A DNA stretch of 64,000 nt from Amphiscolops sp. MND2022 (Eukaryota). Below are positions 47,444-58,251 of this stretch, one piece after another (position 1 is the first letter of the stretch; each line of letters begins with the position of its first letter). The notes below the pieces were generated by a model that had not been told where the DNA came from, ran no database searches, and worked only from the letters and a program-made list of their open reading frames with translations. The stretch spans positions 56,482,001-56,546,000 of the forward strand of contig OZ076413.1 in NCBI GenBank assembly GCA_964187785.1. The letters run 5' to 3'. A program made the position numbers and the translations under genes.

Positions 47444-47664
47444 AGGTCTTTTTAAATTGCAACAATTCCGTAGAAAAATGTTGTAGGATACATGAGTAAA
47501 ATGATTGTTTGGTTTTCAAGGTCTTTCTGCTTGTTCGCTGTCTGGTGGCAACTCCTGGTCTCATAATTCTCACGTCTTTTCCTGTTTTTGTTTTCCGTTG
47601 ATGGTTCTACTGTTCGTGTGATAATTTCATTACTGTTGTGTTATTGCCTTGATAATCGGTTTTG

Positions 47665-48785
47665 TTTTTGGGTCACGAGCCATGCGAGATGCCCACATGG
47701 TGACGATTTTTCGCAGATTTCGTGACATGTGCCAATTTTTCAAACCTGTGAGGCAAATTTCTCAAAACCCAGAACAGATACGGACACCATGTTTTCGCTA
47801 AAAGTTGCGCAGGATTCTAGGCTACATTTTCGCCGAAAAAAAGTTCGAAAAAAAATCGACTTCATGGGTTTTTTCAAAAGAAGTTTTGAAAAAACGTTAT
47901 TTCTGACTAATTTTTATCTTTGATCCCATATATCTCGGAACTGAGACCGAATACAGGGTCCATGGTTTCGTAAACTGTACAAGCGTTTTATAGGCTACAT
48001 TTTGGCTTAAAAATGACGTCAAAATTGTTCTTCATACTTGGTGTTTTCGGGCAAAAAAGAGGACAAAAAATTTTTCGAAATTTTTTTTCTCCTTCGTAGC
48101 TCATATTTCTCATAACTGATAAAAGATACAGAAACCGTTCTCTTTCGAGAAGAACAACATAGATATAGGCTACTTTTTGGACCAACAAAATTACCGTCAT
48201 CAAGTATGACGCCTTCGTTTTTCTGTCGAAAAAACATCAATTTTTTTCAAAAAAAATTCTTGGTTTTTTTACTTGAGCTCGTATATCTCATGACCGAGAC
48301 CAAATATGGGGTTCATGGTTTCATCAATTTTACAAAGCTAATGTAGGCTTTGTCTTAGGCTAAAAGCAATCTCGAAGTTTTTTTCTCTCTAGATTTTTTA
48401 AGCAAATAAGTTAATGAAAAAATTGTTCTGAATTTTTTCCATTTTTTTCCAACTTGTAGCTGATTTTTCTCCGAACTGAAAATTGATACGAAAACCATTC
48501 TCCCTCACAAAGTGAGGCAAGTATGTAGGCTACGTTTTGTACTATCAAAGTTTCCGTCATGAAGTATGACGCCTTCGGGTTTCTGCCAAAAATACATTTT
48601 TTCAATTTTCTCAAAAAAATTTCCTTTATCTATTTAGTTCTTTCATCAAAATATCCTCATCTGAGACTAGATTAGTTCATAAGGTTGTGGGCCCTGGAAC
48701 ACAAAGATTTTGTAACACCTTCTGCAGACCATTGAACGTTTCTGCTCGTGCCCAAGCGCGACATGCCGTCGCGCCAATGTTTTTT
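47665..48785 (+). mobile_element. Helentron-like family D with internal tandem units
   Basis: 5' TTTTTGGGTCACGAGC versus 3' GCTCGTGCCCAA, followed by hairpin GCGCGAC-ATGCC-GTCGCGC and CAATGTTTT. Confidence 0.7.
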
Positions 48786-49054
48786 CCATGATTGACCATT
48801 CTCAATGACGGAGACGTTTCAGACTTTGAAGAGGGTTCTGCTTGCGGGGGATTGTGGGGAGCTGTAAACTCGTTTTTGATTGGTTCCTTGCAGCTTTGAG
48901 CATCTAGCTTGTTTCCTTACCAGGATGGAGGCGTCTTGTCCTGATTCAAAGTCATCATCCTTGAATTGGATTATCTGTTTCTGAAATGAACCGAGATTTG
49001 TTAAATAGTTTTCGTTTTATGGTATTTTGTTTTTGTTCGATGCAAACGAGAAAC

Positions 49055-49554
49055 AACAAGCCGGGAACGACCGAAGTTGGCGCTATATCTACGGCTCAAA
49101 ATTGTAAAAGGGACCCTTTGTGCTTTGTGAATTTCCAGTTGGTTGCAAAAGATACAAAAAATGAAGGGGGAGATTTTGAAAAAAAAATCACAGTGCCAAA
49201 AAATGTAAAAGGGGGCACCCTCTGGGATTTTTAAACAACCATTAAGTAGCAAAATATCGAAACAAACGAAGCTGGGCCCTTTGGTGCAATCCAAAAAAAT
49301 TCGAAAAAGTCTCATAGTGCCGAAAAAAAGTGGGGCTATGTGGGGATTCTTAGTGTGTTTTCGAAGTTTTGGACGTCTGTTTTGTTTTTTTTTCGTTTTG
49401 GACGCGCTTCTGAGGTTGGAGTTTTTGAGGTTTGAAGTTGTTGAATTTTGACGTTGTTGAACAAATGAACAAAAAAGTGGACCTTACGCGTCTAAAAAAA
49501 ACTACCCACTGTAAGAAACGGGCACATTTTCTACTAAAATGTGCCTGCTCAAAA
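49055..49554 (-). mobile_element. Diverged family A Helentron-like copy
   Basis: AACAAGCCGGGAACGACCGAAGTTGGCGC at the left end; internal blocks shared with 26119-26656. Confidence 0.7.
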
Positions 49555-49936
49555 CGAAGCACAATCTAAATTGAGATTGCCTCAAGCGGTCAGACAGAAA
49601 CAGACATCGATAATCTTCAGCTCTGTAGATATGAAATGAAACATGTCATGGCCTTTGTTCATGTACATTGACAAAACATCAAAATACTCAAACGTTTGAA
49701 GTTGGCAATACCTGCAATTACCTCCGGCAATACCGAAAGCAAGATTAAGATAAAAATCTGAATTGTTCAACAATTTCCTGTTCAATTTTCGTTGTGACTC
49801 CGAGTACCTGTTGAAAAATTCAGATATTTTGTTCGGCAGTGAGTATAAGCGTGAGATTTAAGTTTCTCAAGCTGCCGACGACAATATGTGTTACAACTAC
49901 TACACAGGTCGTCGTTTTGAGTAGAGTTGATCCTAT

Positions 49937-50310
49937 CTATTTTTGTAGGAGTGAAGAAAATCTAGTTTCGTTTTCCGTTTCCTCCTCGGTGTTTTCTCGT
50001 ACGTTTTCCCTTTTTTCAGGTTTTAACAGTTTCAACATCTCTTTCTGAGATTCAAGAAGAAGATTCTTGATTTCAGAAGTGATTTCCTCTTTCAACGAAG
50101 CTCTCAGACTTTCCAAGAAACTACCTTCAATCCTAGGTGATTTTCGCTCCGAAGGTCCCGCAACAATTACGTCCTGATCTAAGGGACGAGATTTTTCTAC
50201 CATTATTGGTGAAACTCAACCTTCACTACCACTTTCGGTGCTCTCCTGTTGATCGTTTTTTCTCTTTTGGCTACTTGTAGTCGACATTTTGAATGAAGAA
50301 AGTTTAGTTT
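49937..50310 (-). mobile_element. Fragment of a repeat with an ORF1/Gag-like coiled-coil N-terminus (MSTTSSQK...SLKEEITSEIKNLLLESQKEMLKLL)
   Basis: Second copy at 63780-64000 in the same orientation; the family was not identified. Confidence 0.5.
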
Positions 50311-53300
50311 GGAAAATTCATTTTTATATTCCAACGATTTTCCAACAAAGTTGAATTGGGCAAATTGAGTTAAGCAGATTGCAGTACAACTGACTTACGC
50401 AACTTTAAAAAGACTGAGTCACTTAGTTACTCAAAATCATCTTAAATATACCCTCCTAGCATCATTTGATCACGAGCAAAGCCTTAGTTGTCTTCGAGCA
50501 ACTAGTCACTTCCCGTTTTTTCGGTGAAAAAATCATTACGATTCGAAATTTGCGTCGACATTTCGTCAAAATTTGAGACACGGCAACAATTTTTTGATAT
50601 TGGTCATTTACCACGAGTATATCATTTCATCCTGGCATCCTTTTGCTTTCCCCCAAGCAGAAAGTAGATATTACTTCAGTCTGTCCAACTGGAAATGATT
50701 CCCTGTTTTACTGCTTTGGTTCACGGGAAATTGAAGCCGAGAGGACGCTGACGTGAACAACTAATACCTGATTTTGAAATTAAGCTTGATCAAAAACGAT
50801 GACTAACTTCCAAATTACGATTATTTGAGCGATGCTGGGAAAATATTTTGAAAGAATTGGGACTCAATCCTTGTGTTAAAATGAAATCAAATTCACAATC
50901 CTCAATATTTAAATGCACATATTGTTAACAATTACAGCCTGACGCAGCAAAAGCGACAAGTTTCCAAATCAACTTAACAGAACGAGAAACTTCAAATATT
51001 TCTCAGAAACGGAGCGACGCAATAACGTCGTCATATAAAATGAGACTTGTACAAAATGTTAACAGATAGCAAGATTAGGCTTTACAGCGCCAATTATGTA
51101 CAAAAATACTTTATGTAATAAAATACAGTAGCTTATCCAACGGTGAGAATATAAACTGTGAGTTTCATTTCATAAAAATGCGGAAAAACCCTATTTGAAT
51201 CGCTTTTTAGTGTAATTTGTTAGATCTTATTTCTTTTAATTGAATCTGAATTGAAACAATCGTTCTCCTCAAACTAACCTCACTAAAATTCGGTGTTCAT
51301 TTACTATCCTGGATGGAATGAAACCGCCTATTTTGATGGATTTGCGGCGTAGTATTAACCTCTTTTTCCTAACTTAACTGAGCGGATTTATCTAATTCGT
51401 CTGACTCCATACACTGTCAACGTCATGTTCACGAGTTTTCTTGGCAGAACTGAGATTTTGACTAGTTTGACGCAATGCTGACGAGTTTTTTTAGGAATGA
51501 GTTTCTAGCTTGCTGCCATAGTCGTGACGTCACTTTGGCGGTAAATTGGAATGATTTCTAATAAGGCCATTATTATAGGCGAATAATCGGAATGATTTTC
51601 TGGTATGCATAGACGAGGCAGTGACGTCATTTGGTATACCTTCAAAACTTGTCTGCGTCTTACTGACGACAAATGTACATGTATTCTTTATTCTACCGCC
51701 GCCTTGTTTACTTAGCGCAGTATTGCCGTCCTAAATCACACTAATTGCTGTTCAAAGTGCAATTAAGCTGCCTCTCTTAGAAAAGGCCTAATTTCTTCGG
51801 CGTGCCATCTCAGTGTGTTTTCTGTTTTAGATTTGATTGATGTTTTCCTTGGAGATGCTTTTGAATACGTTTTCATCTAGATTAGTTTGTTATCTCCTTA
51901 TTTTAAGGCAAGTTTTAATCTAGTTTTCAGATGGCGAATGTTTCTATTTTGGAGTGACTGAAACGTCTCACCGCAAATGCGTGAAAATCATTTTAGTTCG
52001 TTTTACTTTCTGTTTTCATTCTCGTTCGAGATTTGCGCATAGCAGAAAAATATTTTGCATTCTCAGTCACAGTTTATTTTTAAAGAAGTTAGGATTAGAG
52101 TTTAGGTTAGTATCCAAAATACTTTTTCGTAAGCTTTGCCGTACAACCGTGTCAACGTCCATATCCAACTCTCCTGTATCCGCAATGCAGTCTGGGAGCG
52201 GACTGTGACAGGGCCACTGTCATGGGACGTACAACTTTGCCGGGTTGACGAAACTGGAACGACTGATACTGGGAGTGCCCATAATTGTTGCGCTTTTCAG
52301 AGTCCACAGAAATCTTTTCAATTGCCTCCAGATCATTCAGCGGGCTGATTGTCTGGGGAATTACTTTTTTTAATGGTCCAGGAGGGGAGACAAAATATGA
52401 GCTTGCATCTTCTTCTCTTACTTGATCCAGAAAATCTGCTATAACTGTACTCGTTATGGATTCTGTGCTGGGGGGTTTATGACTCTCTACTATGAAAACC
52501 CCTGAATTGTCGTCGGCATCGCGTTCATTGCGGTTTTCTAGTACGTTTGTGCTTTCTTGGCTTTCTGTCATTGCACTATGAGGAGATTCGACAGACGAGT
52601 TATGAAAATCTTCTAGGCCGAAAGATTCACGACTAGAAACTAGTTTCATCCGTTTGCAGTTAGATTCTAACGAATCAGGAGAGATGTCAAAATATTCCCC
52701 TTCATCAGCTATAGCTCCTGTGGAAGAATGGGATATTTCCAGTACAATCCTGTAGTTTTTTTGATAATTTTTTGGAACAGGGTGTTGGCGCCAGTCATCA
52801 GAAAGCAGAGAAAGTCGATTTGGAACATGCTGGTTGAGAAACAAGAACTTAACTCTTAGAAACTTAGATGAAAATTTGAAGAAAATCCTCACATTGCAAA
52901 TCTTTAAACCCCCCCCCAAATGGGTTTTCTCGAAGTCTCTCAGTCATAGAGCCACGAAACTTGGCACACATACGCAGATAGCTAACACGAACTCACCGGC
53001 TAAGTTTCAAGGTCATTCACCCATTATAACCCCCTTTACCCCTCACATGTGTGGTATTCAAGGTCATTGAACCGAAAATGTAAACATTGCTATTTACCCC
53101 TATGACCACATTAGAATGTAACGCTGTTGAAATTAATGATATTTACATAGTGTAAACATATTTTCTAACCCACCTGACCAACATGCCAAAACCACCACAT
53201 TCTTTGTTTACATAGCCAATAACTTTAATAATTCACTTAAATGTCATTTATTTATACAACATATTTCAACTGATATTTGCTTATATTTACTGTAGAATTG

Positions 53301-53832
53301 TAAACCATATGTATACCATTATTAGATAGAGATTTTCTCCACTGAATAGCAATAGTCAAGTTGGGTCTCAGGACCGCGAGACTAATTAATCTACTTCTCA
53401 ATCTTCACAACTTTTCGCTAGAGTCAGAGCGACTAAGTAGCTACTCTCATAGTTGGAGAGCCGGAGCGCGTGAAGATACAGTGAGGGAAGTGTGTGTGTG
53501 TGCAGGATCACATCGGATCCAAATCAGTGCAAAGAGGAATCGCAGGAGATTCCACGGGTCACATCGGACCCATCAAGCTAAAAGATACAGTCCTTTAAGA
53601 CACAAAAAACCAGGAATTGTTTAGTGACGGTCCACAGCACTAAGCAACGGATCAGGGCGGCGTAAAGCTTGTCAAGCCTCAGCGCAGGATAAAGGCAAGC
53701 AGCCGTTACATTTGGTCCGCCGACCCGGACAACTCGTTGGTGGACGACCCGGACTAGAAGAAGACGACTCGTTGGTGTACAACAGGGAAAATTGCCCAGA
53801 AAGAACAAGTGTCTGATTCTTGGAGTCTCTGA

Positions 53833-54008
53833 CTACTGTGTCTCTGGGAGATTGGGCTACTGTGTCTCTGGGAGATTGGGCTATTGTGTCTCTGGGAGAT
53901 TGGGCTATTGTGTCTCTGGGAGATTGGGCTATTGTGTCTCTGGGAGCTTGGGCTATTGTGTCTCTTGGATATTGGGCTATTGTGTCTCTGGGAGATTGGG
54001 CTATTGTG
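53833..54008 (+). repeat. 24-bp tandem repeat (~7 copies) in the element leader
   Basis: Unit CTA(T/C)TGTGTCTCTGGGAGATTGGG read directly. Confidence 0.95.
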
Positions 54009-54042
54009 ACTTTGGAACTAAACTCAATCGACAAGAGAAGAG

Positions 54043-57000
54043 ATGGCAGAACCAAAACGGTTCGATATCAACAAAATCGAAAACTTTCTGAAGAACTCTG
54101 CTGACAAAGCCCAAACGTTGAGTTATTGGAATGCAGCTGTCGAACACGGTAAGACTGTTAAAGAAATTGATGAGAACCTAACTAGCAATGTTGACGACAA
54201 GCAGATAGCAGATTTACTGCTAAGACGAACAGATTCCATGAACAGGAGGGATCGGCTCATTAAGGCAGTCGAAAATGCGATCAAAGTCAAGTATCAACCC
54301 CAGATACCCGAAATGTTCTCAACAGTGATCCAAGCGATGAAGAGCCGATTTGTTGAGTTGCAGCGACAAGACTCTAACACTGGAAGGGTGATAATACTGA
54401 TGTCAGCATTGCAAGATGAAAATCAGATACTAAACTATTTGGATCTAGAAGAGAAGAAACGTGCTATTGATGAAAAGATCGCCCACAACGAAAAGTTGCG
54501 AGATGAACGAATTGAAAACGGCGAGGACGCCGAAGAAGATTACGCAGCAGCATGTCAAGAATTGCTTCAAGAGAGGTCTGACCTCAAACTGAAAATTGAA
54601 GCTCTCCTGAAGTCAGGAGAAACTGGAGCCATTTTGCGAAGCCTTGAAGACGCAGAACAAAGACTAGCAGACGTTCGCGCAAGCGTAGCCGCAGACAAAT
54701 CAAGTAAAAATGGCACTTCACCACAAAAGGAGCAGCAACCAGACGATGAGCAAAAGGAACATGATGGTCACAACGCGGAAGACAGCCAAGAGCCAAGAAA
54801 TGGAGCTAGATCATTGCCAATAGAAGAATTGAGCATACATTCGCGAAGTGAAAGAGCCAAAAGCAACAAGACGTCTGTGATTTCAAAAACATCAAGCGCA
54901 AGACGAGTTCTACACTTGGAGCTAAAAGCTCTGAAGGAGCAAGAAGAACTGCAATCCCGCCTGGAGAAACTGGGAAGAGAAGCAAAACAAAAGGAAATGG
55001 AAATAGCAGACTTGCAAGGTGAGGTGGCCCGCAAGGCCAGAATTGCAGAAAAGGAAATAGAACTGGCGAAATTTTCAAGTAGTTGTGGCACCAGCTTGCG
55101 AAGTATTTCACCAGTCGAGTCACCAGACGACAATCTGACGAAAGTCTCAGATTGGATGGACAAGACCGAAGAAGCTGAAAACGTGGCATCGCCGATTAAC
55201 GTGCCATCTGTATACCAGCAAACGTCCGCCTCAGCACCAGTGATTACAGTACGATCAACTCATGAAGGACAACGCTCCGGGCTAGTGGGGGACTTGAAAC
55301 CCTCCGTGAAACCGACCATATCCACAGAAGCCGCTGTGCGAGGCATTGGAAAGGACAGAACAAAGACTGTCATAGATGTTGTCAGTCAAAGAGCAACAGC
55401 ACAACCAGAAGTGAAATTCGCCTCATCGAAGCCGTCAATGACTCTCAGTGCAGAACAGAATGGGTTACCGCCTACGTCAGGAGGCATCCCGAGTGGTGCA
55501 TTTCAAGTGCCACAGCTTGAGAACACGCAGAAGCCGTATCTGCCTCGTCAAGGGCATAACATAGTGTCAAATGCGAGAGATGACTATTTCATCAGATCCA
55601 GCTTGCCAAAATTGAAGCTGGCAGAGTTTTCAGGTGACCCATTGGAGTGGTCAGAGTGGTCACAACTGTTTCAAGCAACCGTCCACGCAGCAAACATGGA
55701 CGACAGTGTAAAGATGAATCACCTGAAAACAATGGTCACGGGCAAAGCCAAAGAGGCGATTGCTGGCCTTGGGTACACCGCGGAGATGTACAATGTGGCG
55801 TGGAACGTTCTAGTTCGAAACTTTGGACAACCTCAAATGGTTGTGAATGCTCAACTAAAGAGAATTAACTCCTTTCCACCGATGAAACCTTATGATGGAG
55901 CCGCATTGATCAAGTTTGCGAGAATAGTGTCGAGTTGCGTGAATGTTTTGACACAATTCAACTACGTGGGAGACCTAAACTCAGAAGGAGTTCTGGGCAG
56001 CGCCACAAGGAAGTTAACACTGGACACGAAAACGAAGTGGCTCACTTATGTCAAGCAAATGAACCTGTATCAACCTGGACTCGCTGTGTTCAGTGAGTGG
56101 CTCAATGATATAGCCGATGTTCAAGATGAATTGCTATTGTATTCGAATCTAAATGCTGATCGCGCAAAGACGAGCTACAAGGAAAAGGCCGAAGGTTCTA
56201 CGTTTGCAACATCAGTACCAGACACAACCAGTGACAACTCAAAATACCAGCGAGAGTGTGCGTTGAAAGATGGCAAACATACGATATGGAAATGTGAGAA
56301 GTTCAAGAAGATGAACGTCGAAGAAAGAGGACAAAAGGCGAAAGAGTTGAAATTGTGCTTCAAATGTTTGTCAGACGCACATCAGATGAGAAATTGCTCT
56401 GGTAGACTCTGTGACGTGAATGGTTGCGGAAAACCTCATCACCGATTGCCACACCGACCTTACAAGAACGAGGAACAGATGCAAAATGTTGAAAATGTCG
56501 ATGAGGTCTCAAACCTGTCCTCAATGAGAAGCAGTGGAGGGCTTCCAGTCATTCCTGTAACAATAGGGAGTGGGAGCAAAACTCTGAAAACATTCGCTTT
56601 GTGTGACTCTGGAGCAAGCCTGTCCTTCGTAGACGAGAGCCTGATGGAAACGCTAAATCTGACGGGACAGCCAGTGGATTTGAATGTTGCAGGGATTCAT
56701 GGAACGTCAGATATTAGTAGCAAACGACTTCGAGTCAGGATTGGAGATCAGGACGGAAAAGTCAAAGAAGATATCATGGCCTATAGTCATCCCGACGTAA
56801 ATGCAGGAAATCGAACGTACAACCTCAAGAAATTGAAGGAAGAATATCCACACCTGTCAGTGCTGAAAGATTCTACCATCAGTTTGAAAGATGTCAAAGT
56901 CATTTTGGGCCAAGATTGTTACCACTTGCATAGAGCAATCGACTATAGAAAGTGTGGAAACGCAAAACCCTGGGCAGTGCGAACGAAGCTCGGATGGATG

Positions 57001-58251
57001 CTCAGTGGACCCTTGCCTCAACAAGAAACTGCGAAGCTCGCCAATGAAAGTTTGGTTTTTGCAGATGTGGATCCATTGGTGGATCAGATGAAAACTCGGT
57101 CGAGCATGGAATTGTATACTTCCCACTGCAGCGTATCCGAAATGTCCAAGGAAAATGCCGAGAACTCACCAGACATATTCGTTGTAGAAAGAAACTGGCA
57201 GGAAGTCAGCACTAAAACCCTCCTCGTAGAAATCAAGCAAGTCTGGAAAGAAGAAATGCACCTAGCCGTGAGTGACCATATGAAAGTCGAACAAGACGAA
57301 AACATGGGTTTCTCAATTGTAGAAGAAAAGAACGAACATGAAAGTTTTGCAATTAAATCGAACCTCCGAACCTTGGAAGAATTTACTGTGATGCTTGATT
57401 TGGTGAAACAGAATATGGATGTCGCCTCTGTGCGACAACATGTGAAAGAAAAGCAGTCAACTCAAATGCAAGCAATAAAGCTTGCTGTCAACACTCTAAC
57501 ACATGAAGATGAAACAAAAGCCGTAAAGATGTCATTTTGGAGCAAACATGATGTTGAGTTGAAGGAAAAACTTCTGGACAAAATTATTCCAAACGACAGT
57601 GAAAATTGTAGCAACTGGTTAGGTAATGGAAACTCGGGAATGGATGCAGTGGCACAAGCTAACCCTAACGTGCACACTCAACTGAACACTGGCCAGAGCA
57701 AGCAATTCGAGAAACGAGCTTGGAAGTTTGAACCTATCTCAATTCGATTACATGGAAGGAACGAAAGCGCTCAGTTGAATACAACTGGCATCCTATATGC
57801 AAAGATTGTGATAGATGAATTTGCAGATGAAATTTCGCTAATGGAAACGCGATTGGGTTCTTCAAAAGCACAAACAACAACAAGTTCGGAAAGTGGGCCT
57901 TTCATAGGGCCGGCTGTATCACGGGAAGAAATGATGATGCAACGTGACTCTTTTGGAAAATGCATCAAAGAAGAATTTAGACAACTTGAAGTCAATGATT
58001 TGGTTTGGATAGTGGATGAGAATGTGAAAAGAGCACACTACAAGATGGGTAGAGTGTTGGAAGTCTATCATGGAAGCGATAGGCGAGTGAGATCAGCGCT
58101 GGTGAAAACGGAAGATGGAAAACTCAAAAGACCAGTAGTGAAACTGGCACCCATGTTCTACGAAAGTATTTTTCAGGAGAAAAACAGGGCCGGCAGTGTT
58201 GGCGCCAGTCATCAGAAAGCAGATCAAGTCGATTTGGAACATGCTGGTTGA
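54043..58251 (+). CDS. Gag-protease fused in frame to an unassigned segment and the Bel/Pao integrase C-terminal tail (1402 aa); no RT, RNase H or integrase core
   Basis: LPKLKLAEFSGDPLEW, CFKCLSDAH, CDVNGCGKPHH, ALCDSGASLSF, TKLGWMLSGP; then no YVDD, DAS or D,D-35-E motifs; ends DLVWIVDE...YKMGRV...RPVVKLAPMF. Confidence 0.9.
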   Translation: MAEPKRFDINKIENFLKNSADKAQTLSYWNAAVEHGKTVKEIDENLTSNVDDKQIADLLLRRTDSMNRRDRLIKAVENAIKVKYQPQIPEMFSTVIQAMKSRFVELQRQDSNTGRVIILMSALQDENQILNYLDLEEKKRAIDEKIAHNEKLRDERIENGEDAEEDYAAACQELLQERSDLKLKIEALLKSGETGAILRSLEDAEQRLADVRASVAADKSSKNGTSPQKEQQPDDEQKEHDGHNAEDSQEPRNGARSLPIEELSIHSRSERAKSNKTSVISKTSSARRVLHLELKALKEQEELQSRLEKLGREAKQKEMEIADLQGEVARKARIAEKEIELAKFSSSCGTSLRSISPVESPDDNLTKVSDWMDKTEEAENVASPINVPSVYQQTSASAPVITVRSTHEGQRSGLVGDLKPSVKPTISTEAAVRGIGKDRTKTVIDVVSQRATAQPEVKFASSKPSMTLSAEQNGLPPTSGGIPSGAFQVPQLENTQKPYLPRQGHNIVSNARDDYFIRSSLPKLKLAEFSGDPLEWSEWSQLFQATVHAANMDDSVKMNHLKTMVTGKAKEAIAGLGYTAEMYNVAWNVLVRNFGQPQMVVNAQLKRINSFPPMKPYDGAALIKFARIVSSCVNVLTQFNYVGDLNSEGVLGSATRKLTLDTKTKWLTYVKQMNLYQPGLAVFSEWLNDIADVQDELLLYSNLNADRAKTSYKEKAEGSTFATSVPDTTSDNSKYQRECALKDGKHTIWKCEKFKKMNVEERGQKAKELKLCFKCLSDAHQMRNCSGRLCDVNGCGKPHHRLPHRPYKNEEQMQNVENVDEVSNLSSMRSSGGLPVIPVTIGSGSKTLKTFALCDSGASLSFVDESLMETLNLTGQPVDLNVAGIHGTSDISSKRLRVRIGDQDGKVKEDIMAYSHPDVNAGNRTYNLKKLKEEYPHLSVLKDSTISLKDVKVILGQDCYHLHRAIDYRKCGNAKPWAVRTKLGWMLSGPLPQQETAKLANESLVFADVDPLVDQMKTRSSMELYTSHCSVSEMSKENAENSPDIFVVERNWQEVSTKTLLVEIKQVWKEEMHLAVSDHMKVEQDENMGFSIVEEKNEHESFAIKSNLRTLEEFTVMLDLVKQNMDVASVRQHVKEKQSTQMQAIKLAVNTLTHEDETKAVKMSFWSKHDVELKEKLLDKIIPNDSENCSNWLGNGNSGMDAVAQANPNVHTQLNTGQSKQFEKRAWKFEPISIRLHGRNESAQLNTTGILYAKIVIDEFADEISLMETRLGSSKAQTTTSSESGPFIGPAVSREEMMMQRDSFGKCIKEEFRQLEVNDLVWIVDENVKRAHYKMGRVLEVYHGSDRRVRSALVKTEDGKLKRPVVKLAPMFYESIFQEKNRAGSVGASHQKADQVDLEHAG

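Noticed and set aside
53672-54104. Three repetitive ORFs (QSPRDTIA, GRLGYCVS, SLGDWAIV)
   Set aside because: All are readings of the 24-bp tandem repeat in the element leader.
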